A stretch of DNA of 64,000 bases from positions 23,307-87,306 of the forward strand of contig CAXXMZ010000024.1 in the NCBI GenBank assembly GCA_963675355.2. Reading direction: 5' to 3'. The notes beneath the pieces are model-generated. The model worked only from the letters and a program-made list of their open reading frames with translations. It did not search any database and was not told the origin of the DNA. The stretch is from Christensenellaceae bacterium. GTDB lineage: Bacteria > Bacillota > Clostridia > Christensenellales > UBA1431. Below are positions 9,791 through 18,037 of the stretch, piece after piece. The number at the start of each line of letters is the position of its first letter. Position 1 is the first letter of the stretch. A program made the position numbers and the translations under genes.

Positions 9791-10738
9791 ATGAGTGATA
9801 TTTTATCAGGAGTTGGGGTTAATAGCTTAATATTACAAAGTCTATTGAGTGCTAGTACAGACGAAACGCAGGATAATAGTAATACAAGCAGCGAATTTTC
9901 AAAACTAATGGAATTGATTATGTTAAGTCAGATTAGTGGAGGAGAATCGTTTCTCGGTACGAACTCTTCGCTATTTGGGACGAGTAATTCAAGTAGTGGT
10001 GATAGTATTAATTCGAGCTTGATGTTGATGCTTATGAATGGTCAAAGCCAAGGGTATTCGCTTTCAAATCTAGGCACTTATCCGTTGGCCGTTCAACCGA
10101 CGTCTTTAGGTTATTCGGCTTATAGTACTTATGCAAATACTCAAACTAGTACTAGTGGTAGCGGTATTATTCCTACAGAATCATATAAACCTTCATCTCC
10201 TGCAATTACCAATTATTTAAATAATCGAAGTGCAAGTAATTATTACAGTGTAATCAATCAGTTTGATGTTGAAAATAACGAGCGTTATGAAGTTAATAAA
10301 AATGGACAAGGAGATACCTACTGCAATATTTATGTTTGGGATGTAACAAAAGCTATGGGAGCCGAAATTCCACACTATTATGATAATGAAACAGGTGAAG
10401 TGGTTAGTTATCCAGACGTTCAAGGTGCTCAGTGTATGACGGCAAACAAAATGCAGGACTGGCTTACAACGACAGGTAAACAATATGGCTGGAAAGAAGT
10501 AAGTGCAGAGCAGGCTCAGGCATATGCTAATCAAGGACACCCTGCTGTTACGACATATAAAAACAGTAGCGGTCATGGTCATGTACAAGTGGTCTGTCCG
10601 TCGCAAAATGGTGGATACAATTCAGAAAAAGGGGTTACAATTTCGCAGGCTGGCAGTAGTTTGCATGATTATGCGTATATCAACGATGTATTTTCTGATA
10701 ATGCTATGCAAAAAGTCAGGTATTTTGTGCATGCATGA
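9791..10738 (+). CDS. Putative papain-fold (Cys/His) peptidoglycan hydrolase with a FlgJ-like N-terminal motif and Ser/Asn-rich linker
   Basis: ATG 9791 follows GGAGG. N-terminus has SSEFSKLMELIMLSQ (rod-binding-like). C-terminal domain has candidate catalytic Cys (GDTYCNIYVWD) and His (SSGHGHVQVVCP), as in NlpC/P60-CHAP-Tae4-type enzymes. Confidence 0.45.
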   Translation: MSDILSGVGVNSLILQSLLSASTDETQDNSNTSSEFSKLMELIMLSQISGGESFLGTNSSLFGTSNSSSGDSINSSLMLMLMNGQSQGYSLSNLGTYPLAVQPTSLGYSAYSTYANTQTSTSGSGIIPTESYKPSSPAITNYLNNRSASNYYSVINQFDVENNERYEVNKNGQGDTYCNIYVWDVTKAMGAEIPHYYDNETGEVVSYPDVQGAQCMTANKMQDWLTTTGKQYGWKEVSAEQAQAYANQGHPAVTTYKNSSGHGHVQVVCPSQNGGYNSEKGVTISQAGSSLHDYAYINDVFSDNAMQKVRYFVHA

Positions 10739-10747
10739 TTGTATTAA

Positions 10748-10776
10748 CTTAATATTTTTTGGCAAAATTCCGATAA
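10748..10776 (+). promoter_or_regulatory. Candidate sigma-28 (FliA/SigD) promoter for fliD-fliS
   Basis: TTAA/TAAT-N15-16-TCCGATAA, compared with consensus TAAA-N15-GCCGATAA; lies 64 nt upstream of fliD. Confidence 0.45.
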
Positions 10777-10839
10777 AATTAACAGGTTTAATAAATATAG
10801 ATTCTTAAGTATTATTGTTATGAAAGCAGGTGAAAATAA

Positions 10840-12366
10840 ATGAGTATTTCAGGAGTTAACTCTCCATCTATGAGGATTTCGGGATTGAATTCTGGATTAG
10901 ATACGGATTCGATTGTTAAAGAGTTATTAAATATTGAACAGACAAAAATAGATAATCAATTTAAACAAAAGCAAGTTTTAGAATGGAAGCTCGATGCTTA
11001 CAAAGAAGTAAAGACCGATTTAAAAGCGTTTACACAAAAGTATATGAGTGTGTTAAGCGAGGATAATCTTTGGTCGGCGTCGGCTCTTAAAGTAAACAAT
11101 GTTGATTATCTTGATGAAAATAAAGGCATAATATCAATCGAAGCTGGACCAAATGCTTGTGCTGGTAATATGGTGGTCAATGAGATTACCAGTTTGGCTA
11201 AAGGGGCAAATATTGAGGGTGCCACAGGCGTTGCAACGGGTGAAGGTATTACAAACTATAATGTACATTTATCTGACTTAAATTTAGCTACGTCGATAGA
11301 TTTTTCATCAGGTGAGGTTTCATTTGAAATTAATGGTCAAGCATTTAATTTTTATGAGGATGATACGCTTCAGGATATGATGGACACCATAAATAATGAT
11401 AGTGTAGCAAATGTAAAGCTAAGTTATAGTCAGCTTACTAACTCGTTTAAGATTGAGTCACGTGACCTTGGTGTTGACTCTGAGCTCAGCATAGTTAATA
11501 TTACGGGCAACGTGTTTAGTTCGGGAACGAGCGCATTAGGTATAAACGAAGGCACTTATAGCAATGGTCAAAATGCTACGCTTAAAATAAATGGGGTAGA
11601 CGTTGAACGTGATAGCAATAGCTTTACTATTGATGGAATACAGTATAATTTGCAAAGCACAACGGCATCTTCAGTAAGTTTTACAGTAAGCCAAGACGTT
11701 GATACCGTAGTGGACAAGATTTCGTCGTTCGTTGATGATTATAATGCGTTAATAGAGAAATATAACGATAAAATAACTGAAGATAAATATTTTGATTATA
11801 CTCCTCTTACAGATGAACAAAAAGATGAGATGAGTGATGATGAAATTGAGGCATGGGAAGAAAAGGCAAAGAGTGGACTTTTGCGAAGCGATAACGATGT
11901 TTCGTCTATGTTGAGCCAGTTTAGATTATCATTTACGTCTGTCGTTGAAGGTACAGGCATGTCATTAGCAGATATTGGAATGGGAACAGGTTCATATACG
12001 AATAATGGTAAGATCCTGTTGGATAAAGATAAACTTGAAGAAGCGATAAAAGATAACCCCGATAGGGTAGTACAACTCTTTACTAAAACTTCTACTGCGA
12101 CTGGAGCAACAAAGGCATCAGAATCTGGACTGATGCAGCGATTGAATGATACGATAAACACCTATATTTCGGATATACAGACTATATCTGTGGATAGCAC
12201 AGAGAGCCAGATTTCTAGTATTGAAGATAAGATGGACATGCTTGAAAGGCTAATGGAACAGAATGAGGAGCGGTATTATGCGCAGTTTACAGCGATGGAA
12301 CAGGCCCTTGCAACAATGAATGCTCAAAGCCAGTGGCTCGAGAACATGTTATCCAATAGTTTCTAA
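10840..12366 (+). CDS. fliD: Flagellar filament cap protein FliD (HAP2)
   Basis: N-terminal ISGLNSGLDTDSIVKELLNIEQ and C-terminal YYAQFTAMEQALATMNAQSQWL heptads. Confidence 0.9.
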   Translation: MSISGVNSPSMRISGLNSGLDTDSIVKELLNIEQTKIDNQFKQKQVLEWKLDAYKEVKTDLKAFTQKYMSVLSEDNLWSASALKVNNVDYLDENKGIISIEAGPNACAGNMVVNEITSLAKGANIEGATGVATGEGITNYNVHLSDLNLATSIDFSSGEVSFEINGQAFNFYEDDTLQDMMDTINNDSVANVKLSYSQLTNSFKIESRDLGVDSELSIVNITGNVFSSGTSALGINEGTYSNGQNATLKINGVDVERDSNSFTIDGIQYNLQSTTASSVSFTVSQDVDTVVDKISSFVDDYNALIEKYNDKITEDKYFDYTPLTDEQKDEMSDDEIEAWEEKAKSGLLRSDNDVSSMLSQFRLSFTSVVEGTGMSLADIGMGTGSYTNNGKILLDKDKLEEAIKDNPDRVVQLFTKTSTATGATKASESGLMQRLNDTINTYISDIQTISVDSTESQISSIEDKMDMLERLMEQNEERYYAQFTAMEQALATMNAQSQWLENMLSNSF

Positions 12367-12385
12367 GAATTTTTAGGAGGACAGT

Positions 12386-12775
12386 ATGGCAGCGATAAAG
12401 ACCGCATATCAAACTTATCAAAGACAGGGCGTCTTAACAGCAAGTCCGTTAGAACTTGTAATAATGTTATATAAGGGATGCATACGTCAGCTAAATTTAG
12501 GTAAAGTGTCGATTGAGAAAAAAGACTATCAAACTGCTAACGCTGCTTTTCAAAAAGCGCAGGATATTTTATCTGAACTTATGCTTAGCTTAGATTTTAG
12601 TTATGAAATTTCAAGCGAATTAATGCGTTTGTATGAATATATTCAGTGGAAGATCGTAGATATTAATGCAAATAAGGCGAGCGAGGAAGTTGACGGGGTC
12701 GTCGAAATTCTGGATGAATTACAATCTTCGTGGGTGGCCATTAAGACAAAAACAGCTGTGTCATCGGTAAAATAA
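12386..12775 (+). CDS. fliS: Flagellin chaperone FliS
   Basis: YQRQGVLTASPLELVIMLYKGCIRQL and position directly after fliD. Confidence 0.9.
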   Translation: MAAIKTAYQTYQRQGVLTASPLELVIMLYKGCIRQLNLGKVSIEKKDYQTANAAFQKAQDILSELMLSLDFSYEISSELMRLYEYIQWKIVDINANKASEEVDGVVEILDELQSSWVAIKTKTAVSSVK

Positions 12776-12795
12776 TTATAAGATATATAAGTGAT

Positions 12796-13209
12796 ATGAA
12801 TGATAAAGTAAACACAATTCAATTATGGAGAAAAAAGGAGCAGGCTCTTCAATCAATTTATCTAATAACGATTGAGATGTCCAAGGCGATATCTAAAGAG
12901 GACACTCGTCGTGTTGATAGATTGCTTCTTCGTAGGCAAAATTTGATGGAGCAAGTAGACTCTGTAGAACGGCGTTTGTCTGAAAAGAAAACAATTGGTT
13001 GTGATGAACTTGATTTAATAAATGAAAGTATAAGACAAGTTGGTAAAAAAATTCAAAGTATAGATGATTGCAACAAAAAACTGGTTTTGACGAAGCATGA
13101 TGAGTATAAAAAGAGTCTACGTGTTTTAGGAAAACAAAAACAAGGAATGAAAGCATATATTATGACTACAAGACAGGTAGATGGAATGTACTTTGATACA
13201 AAGAAATAG
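12796..13209 (+). CDS. Hypothetical coiled-coil protein in the FliT position
   Basis: 137-aa helical, charged ORF directly after fliS, where Bacillus has fliT. I recognise no diagnostic motif. Confidence 0.45.
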   Translation: MNDKVNTIQLWRKKEQALQSIYLITIEMSKAISKEDTRRVDRLLLRRQNLMEQVDSVERRLSEKKTIGCDELDLINESIRQVGKKIQSIDDCNKKLVLTKHDEYKKSLRVLGKQKQGMKAYIMTTRQVDGMYFDTKK

Positions 13210-13232
13210 TTATATACTGAAAGGATATCATT

Positions 13233-13685
13233 ATGAGGGTTGCTGATATTAATGCAAATATATTAGATCGGCAAAATATTGAAAGCAATGATACGGCTAG
13301 AATCCGTACTAGCAAGGTACAGATGTTTACGCGTCAGCTTAGCGACCTTTCTCAAGATGCACATGAAAGCCATATTGAAAGCATGATGCAAGATGTTTGC
13401 ACGCAGGGAGAAAAACTTGGTAAAAAGGCAGATATTAAAGAGTTTATTAAGTATAGGGAACTAGTTGGAAATTTAATGCACGAAGTTGTAAGCAACGCAT
13501 ACGAATTTTCTAAGAAGAATACAATGGATATTCGCGGGAGACACAGAATTTATGCAGTTGTTAACAAGGTGAATGCAAAGCTAGATGATATGGCAAAAGA
13601 ATTTTTAAAAGACCAATGTGATAACCTGAAAATTCTTAAAGGGGTAGATGATATTAGAGGATTATTAATTGATTTATTAGTATAA
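13233..13685 (+). CDS. YaaR/DUF327-family protein
   Basis: 150 aa. C-terminal ..IYAVVNKVNAKLDDMAKEFL..NLKILKGVDDIRGLLIDLL resembles the DUF327 signature. RBS AAAGGA is present. Confidence 0.6.
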   Translation: MRVADINANILDRQNIESNDTARIRTSKVQMFTRQLSDLSQDAHESHIESMMQDVCTQGEKLGKKADIKEFIKYRELVGNLMHEVVSNAYEFSKKNTMDIRGRHRIYAVVNKVNAKLDDMAKEFLKDQCDNLKILKGVDDIRGLLIDLLV

Positions 13686-13700
13686 TAAAAGATAAACAGC

Positions 13701-13727
13701 AAAATAGCCCATGGGGCTATTTTTTTA
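13701..13727 (+). terminator. Rho-independent terminator ending the fliD-side operon
   Basis: ATAGCCC-ATG-GGGCTAT hairpin followed by a T7 run. Confidence 0.8.
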
Positions 13728-13838
13728 TTCACAAATATGGAATTTTTATAATTTTGTTGTTGCATATTGACAAAATATGGTGATTAGTTATCAATGACTA
13801 TTATATAGTGGTTTTCTATCATTGAGTGGGGTGTTGAC

Positions 13839-14504
13839 ATGAACGTAGTGGATGCGGCGTGGGAAACAAAATGGAATATGGTAAAAAGCCTGTATCAAAC
13901 AAAGATAAACGAAAAATTTAATGTACCATCTAGTCAAATCAGTAGTTCAGATTCACAAATTAGTATCGATTCTAGCGCTGATTTCCAGACTATGCTATTA
14001 AGCGAGCTTTATAACACACAGAGTACAGAGGGACTTAATGACTCGGAGTCGTTGGAAAATTCTTATTCATATACACCAAATTCATCGCAATATGACGCTT
14101 TGATTATGCAGGCGGCACAAAAATATTCTGTGCCGTCATCTCTTATTAAAGGGGTAATAAAGACAGAGTCAGGATTTGATACAAGTGCGGTATCGAGTTG
14201 TAACGCTCAAGGACTAATGCAACTTATGCCAAATACTGCAAGAGCATTAGGAGTTAGTGATTCATTTGATCCACTGCAAAATATTGATGGTGGTGTTAAA
14301 TATTTAAGGCAGCTACTAGACAAATATGATGGTAATGTTCAGTTGGCCTTAACAGCATATAATCATGGACCAGGCAATGTATCAAAAATGACGCAAGGAG
14401 AGACTTCAAGTGAAAAGTTTGATTCGTTATCATCTCAGAAACAAAACTATGCAAATAAGGTTATAGAAAATGCAAAGGGTTTTGGATATATACTTAACGT
14501 TTAG
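13839..14504 (+). CDS. Lytic transglycosylase (SLT domain), first gene of the flgB operon
   Basis: VIKTESGFD..AQGLMQLMPNTA..GGVKYL..ALTAYNHGPGNV, with a catalytic Glu in the TES motif. N-terminal part has DFQTMLLSEL and a Ser-rich linker. Confidence 0.85.
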   Translation: MNVVDAAWETKWNMVKSLYQTKINEKFNVPSSQISSSDSQISIDSSADFQTMLLSELYNTQSTEGLNDSESLENSYSYTPNSSQYDALIMQAAQKYSVPSSLIKGVIKTESGFDTSAVSSCNAQGLMQLMPNTARALGVSDSFDPLQNIDGGVKYLRQLLDKYDGNVQLALTAYNHGPGNVSKMTQGETSSEKFDSLSSQKQNYANKVIENAKGFGYILNV

Positions 14505-14519
14505 AAGGAGGATAGTATA

Positions 14520-14894
14520 ATGTCAAGTTCGATGTTTGATTCAACAAATGCATTGCAAACGGGACTTAATGCATGCACGTTAAGGAATCAAGTGATTTCA
14601 AACAACATTGCAAATGCAGATACACCTAACTTTAAGGCATCTAATGTTGAGTTTGAGGAATACGTAAATGCAGCGATGGATGATGAAGATTTAGTCGAAA
14701 AAATTGGTAGCGGTGAAATATCAGCACAAGTTGTTACAGATACTGACACTACAATGCGTGCAGATGGAAACAACGTGGATATTGAGAACGAGATGTCTAG
14801 ACTTGCTGAAAATAATATTCAGTATTATGCATTACTTGAGAAACTTAACAGCGAATTTAGTCAGCTTAGAACGGCTATTATGGAAGGAGGCTGA
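14520..14894 (+). CDS. flgB: Flagellar basal-body rod protein FlgB
   Basis: NNIANADTPNFKA motif; C-terminal rod heptads. Confidence 0.9.
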   Translation: MSSSMFDSTNALQTGLNACTLRNQVISNNIANADTPNFKASNVEFEEYVNAAMDDEDLVEKIGSGEISAQVVTDTDTTMRADGNNVDIENEMSRLAENNIQYYALLEKLNSEFSQLRTAIMEGG

Positions 14895-14900
14895 TGATAA

Positions 14901-15341
14901 ATGGATATGTTTAAAGCTATGGACGTAAGTGCGTCTGGGTTAAGTGCGCAACGTTTTAGAATGGATGTTATTGCTGAAAATATCGCAAATATTGACACAA
15001 CTAGAACGGAAGACGGCGAAGCATATCGCAGAAGGGTTACTGTTTTTGAGGAAGTAGACACAACAGATTCTTTTTCAGCTGCGTTGTCTAAGGCAACAGA
15101 ATATTCGTCGGCAGGTGGCGTTAGGGTTAGCGAGGTTATTGAAGATCCTTCAGAATTTAAGCTTGAATATGATCCTGACCATCCTGATGCCAATGAAGAA
15201 GGGTATGTTGAAAAACCTAATGTTGAGGTAGTGACCGAGATGGTGGATATGATGTCGGCGTCTCGTGCATATGAGGCAAACGTTACAGCGCTTAATGCTA
15301 GCAAGGAAATGTACATGAAAGCACTGGAAATTGGGAGGTAG
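14901..15341 (+). CDS. flgC: Flagellar basal-body rod protein FlgC
   Basis: SGLSAQRFRMDVIAENIANIDTTRT; C-terminal EMVDMMSASRAYEANV. Confidence 0.9.
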   Translation: MDMFKAMDVSASGLSAQRFRMDVIAENIANIDTTRTEDGEAYRRRVTVFEEVDTTDSFSAALSKATEYSSAGGVRVSEVIEDPSEFKLEYDPDHPDANEEGYVEKPNVEVVTEMVDMMSASRAYEANVTALNASKEMYMKALEIGR

Positions 15342-15347
15342 GTATAA

Positions 15348-15647
15348 ATGAGTTTAAGTATTGAATCGGTATCCAATTTCGGACAGCTTTTCGATAATTC
15401 GTCAACGCAAAAGGTAATGGAGCAAGAAAATAGTTTTGCAAATATACTTAGCGACTCTATTAACGAGACTAAACAAGCAGAAGCGGTTGATGATGCCAGT
15501 AATATAGATTTGATGTCAGGTACGGAGGATAGCTTGCAGTCGGCAATGATCGATGCTCAAAAAGCTGAGCTTACTTTGCAGTTAACCGTACAAATTAGAA
15601 ATAAGATACTTGATTCTTATAACGAGATTATGAGTATGCAGGTTTAG
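15348..15647 (+). CDS. fliE: Flagellar hook-basal body protein FliE
   Basis: 99 aa; C-terminal AELTLQLTVQIRNKILDSYNEIMSMQV. Confidence 0.85.
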   Translation: MSLSIESVSNFGQLFDNSSTQKVMEQENSFANILSDSINETKQAEAVDDASNIDLMSGTEDSLQSAMIDAQKAELTLQLTVQIRNKILDSYNEIMSMQV

Positions 15648-15678
15648 CAAACAATTACAACCGTGAAAGGATGACGAC

Positions 15679-16167
15679 ATGGACAGCTTTGCAGGGATGA
15701 CCGTAAATATATTGATTTTTGTCGCCATACTCTTTGCGGCCTATTATACAGCTAAATATGTATCCAAACGGGGAAATAAATTTGCAAAAAGCCGTCACAT
15801 GGAAATTGAGGATAGGCTCATTTTGTCGCGGGATAAAACCGTTTATCTAATAAAAGTGGGCAAGGAGCATTATTTGGTTGGCTCTACAGCGCACAAACTT
15901 AATGTGCTTGGAAAACCTGAATCGATAACAGAGGAGGACCCAGATTCAGATAATTTAGAAGACATTATTGATAAGATAAAAAACAGAAAAAATGGCAGCA
16001 CGGACGATATGGAATTTGAAACTGTATATGTCGATCAGCACGAACCACGCGGAATAGCAAAGCTATGGGAAAAAGGGCTTAAGTTATGGGAAAATAAGAA
16101 GAATAACGAAGCCAGGTTACGCGAGTATCGACGGACTCATGCAAAGCGAAAGGATGAGGATAATTGA
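15679..16167 (+). CDS. fliO: FliO/FliZ-type flagellar export component
   Basis: Single N-terminal TM helix followed by RLILSRDKTVYLIKVGKEHYLVGST; located directly upstream of fliP. Confidence 0.7.
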   Translation: MDSFAGMTVNILIFVAILFAAYYTAKYVSKRGNKFAKSRHMEIEDRLILSRDKTVYLIKVGKEHYLVGSTAHKLNVLGKPESITEEDPDSDNLEDIIDKIKNRKNGSTDDMEFETVYVDQHEPRGIAKLWEKGLKLWENKKNNEARLREYRRTHAKRKDEDN

Positions 16168-16916
16168 GCGAATCCAAGAAAAAACGCATAATCATCTTTG
16201 CGCTTTTAATATTGGTTATATTATTGTTATCTGGTTGCTCGTCAGCCGATTCAAAAAGTTTAACCGCGGATCCTATGGGCGGGATATTAGGTGACCGGAC
16301 GGATACCTTAGATATTTTGGGATTGTTGACGGTTTTATCTTTATTGCCATCAATATTGATAATGTTTACCTCGTTTACACGCATTATTATCGTGTTATCT
16401 TTTGTTAGAAATGCCATAGGATTGCAGCAAATGCCGCCAAACCAAGTTCTGATTGGGTTAGCTCTTATCTTATCACTTTTTATAATGGGACCTGTGATAA
16501 ATGAAATCGATGAGAACGCGTATCAGCCATATATAGCTAATGAAATATCTCAGGAAGAAGCGGTTGAAAACGCTCTGGAGCCCGTCAGAGAGTTTATGTT
16601 TGCTCAAACATATAAAGAAGATCTACAGTTTTTTGAGAATACAGCTGAAATAAAACCAAAAACACTGGACGAAATTCCAACTGAAGTCTTAATGCCTGCT
16701 TTTATGACAAGCGAAATAAAGCGCGCGTTTCAAATAGGGTTTTTGATATACATTCCGTTTATTGTAATTGATATGATAGTCGCTAGTGCGCTTATGTCAA
16801 TGGGCATGATGATGTTACCGCCCACAATAATATCACTACCATTTAAGGTCTTGTTGTTTGTATTGGTTGATGGGTGGGTGCTTACGATACAATCTTTGGT
16901 CACAGGGTTTGGATAA
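16164..16916 (+). CDS. fliP: Flagellar export gate protein FliP
   Basis: FTRIIIVLSFVRNAIG, and the MTSEIKRAFQIGFLIYIPFIVIDMIVAS signature. TTG start overlaps the fliO stop. Confidence 0.9.
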   Translation: MSESKKKRIIIFALLILVILLLSGCSSADSKSLTADPMGGILGDRTDTLDILGLLTVLSLLPSILIMFTSFTRIIIVLSFVRNAIGLQQMPPNQVLIGLALILSLFIMGPVINEIDENAYQPYIANEISQEEAVENALEPVREFMFAQTYKEDLQFFENTAEIKPKTLDEIPTEVLMPAFMTSEIKRAFQIGFLIYIPFIVIDMIVASALMSMGMMMLPPTIISLPFKVLLFVLVDGWVLTIQSLVTGFG

Positions 16917-16963
16917 CGTAAGCAAGGTTTCTGGTTTTGTTTAAATGATAAGGGGGGGTTTGC

Positions 16964-17233
16964 GTGGAGCAAGCTGATGTTATTCAAATTGCTAAGGATG
17001 CGATCGTGACAATCCTATCGGTATCAGCGCCATTTTTGTTGGCAGCATTGGTTATTGGAATAGTTGTATCAATTTTTCAGGCAACTACTCAAATAAACGA
17101 GCAGACGCTAGCGTTTGTACCAAAGATAGTGGGAGTATTTTTATCCATCTTAATATTTGGTGGGTGGATGCTGTCTTCTTTGACTGAGTTTGCAGCGCGT
17201 ATGTTTAGTTATACTAACACGATGATTGGATGA
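16964..17233 (+). CDS. fliQ: Flagellar export gate protein FliQ
   Basis: 89 aa, two TM helices, SIFQATTQINEQTLAFVPK motif. Confidence 0.9.
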   Translation: MEQADVIQIAKDAIVTILSVSAPFLLAALVIGIVVSIFQATTQINEQTLAFVPKIVGVFLSILIFGGWMLSSLTEFAARMFSYTNTMIG

Positions 17234-17242
17234 CGGTAGACT

Positions 17243-18037
17243 ATGCTTGAATTGATAGGTAAGTTATTGCCCGAAATGCAACTGGATTACTTTTTATTGT
17301 TGCTTCTACGTATGTCGGCACTCATTTTCTCGTCGCCAATCTTTGGTAGCAAACGAGTACCGTCTATCGTAAAAATCGGGTTATGTCTAACGGTGACTTA
17401 CTTATTATATGCGTATTTACCAATGACGGAGCTTGTGTATGCTCACTGGTTGACCTACGTTTTCATGTGTATTTCAGAGTTAATATTTGGACTGATACTC
17501 GGGTATGCAACTACAGCGTTTATTCAGTTGGTGTTTACTTCAGGGCAGATGATCGATATGCAAATGGGATTTGGAATGGCCGGCGTAAGTGATGCGCAAA
17601 GTGATATACAGGTACCGGTCGTTGGAAACTTTTTAAGCATAATAATGATTATCTCTTTTTTCGGAGTGAATGGTCATTTAAAACTAATAGGTATGCTACA
17701 AGCATCGGTCAGTCAGATTCCCATTGGACAGGTAACGATATCACCGGGCATAGCATTTCAGGCAATGGAAATGTTTGCATTAAGCTTTGTTTTAGCAATA
17801 AATGTTGCTTTGCCGATTATTGCCGCCTCATTATTAACAGAGCTTACAATGGGAGTTTTAATCAGAACAGTTCCGCAGATGAACGTTTTTGTCGTTGGTA
17901 TACCAGTAAAAGTATTGATGGGGCTACTAATGCTGTTGATTGTTATCCCGATTTTCGTTGCTTTTACAGGAATTATTTTTGACAATATGTTTTCATCCAT
18001 TGAGAAAATATTTAGTTATTTAATAGGTGTAACATGA
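17243..18037 (+). CDS. fliR: Flagellar export gate protein FliR
   Basis: 264-aa polytopic protein located between fliQ and flhB. Confidence 0.9.
   Translation: MLELIGKLLPEMQLDYFLLLLLRMSALIFSSPIFGSKRVPSIVKIGLCLTVTYLLYAYLPMTELVYAHWLTYVFMCISELIFGLILGYATTAFIQLVFTSGQMIDMQMGFGMAGVSDAQSDIQVPVVGNFLSIIMIISFFGVNGHLKLIGMLQASVSQIPIGQVTISPGIAFQAMEMFALSFVLAINVALPIIAASLLTELTMGVLIRTVPQMNVFVVGIPVKVLMGLLMLLIVIPIFVAFTGIIFDNMFSSIEKIFSYLIGVT

Noticed and set aside
16952-16958. G7 homopolymer between fliP and fliQ, the only long G/C run in the window, as a phase-variation tract
   Set aside because: It lies in the intergenic spacer and simply forms the fliQ Shine-Dalgarno (AAGGGGGGG-N5-GTG). Length changes would not shift any reading frame and would hardly change SD-to-start spacing.
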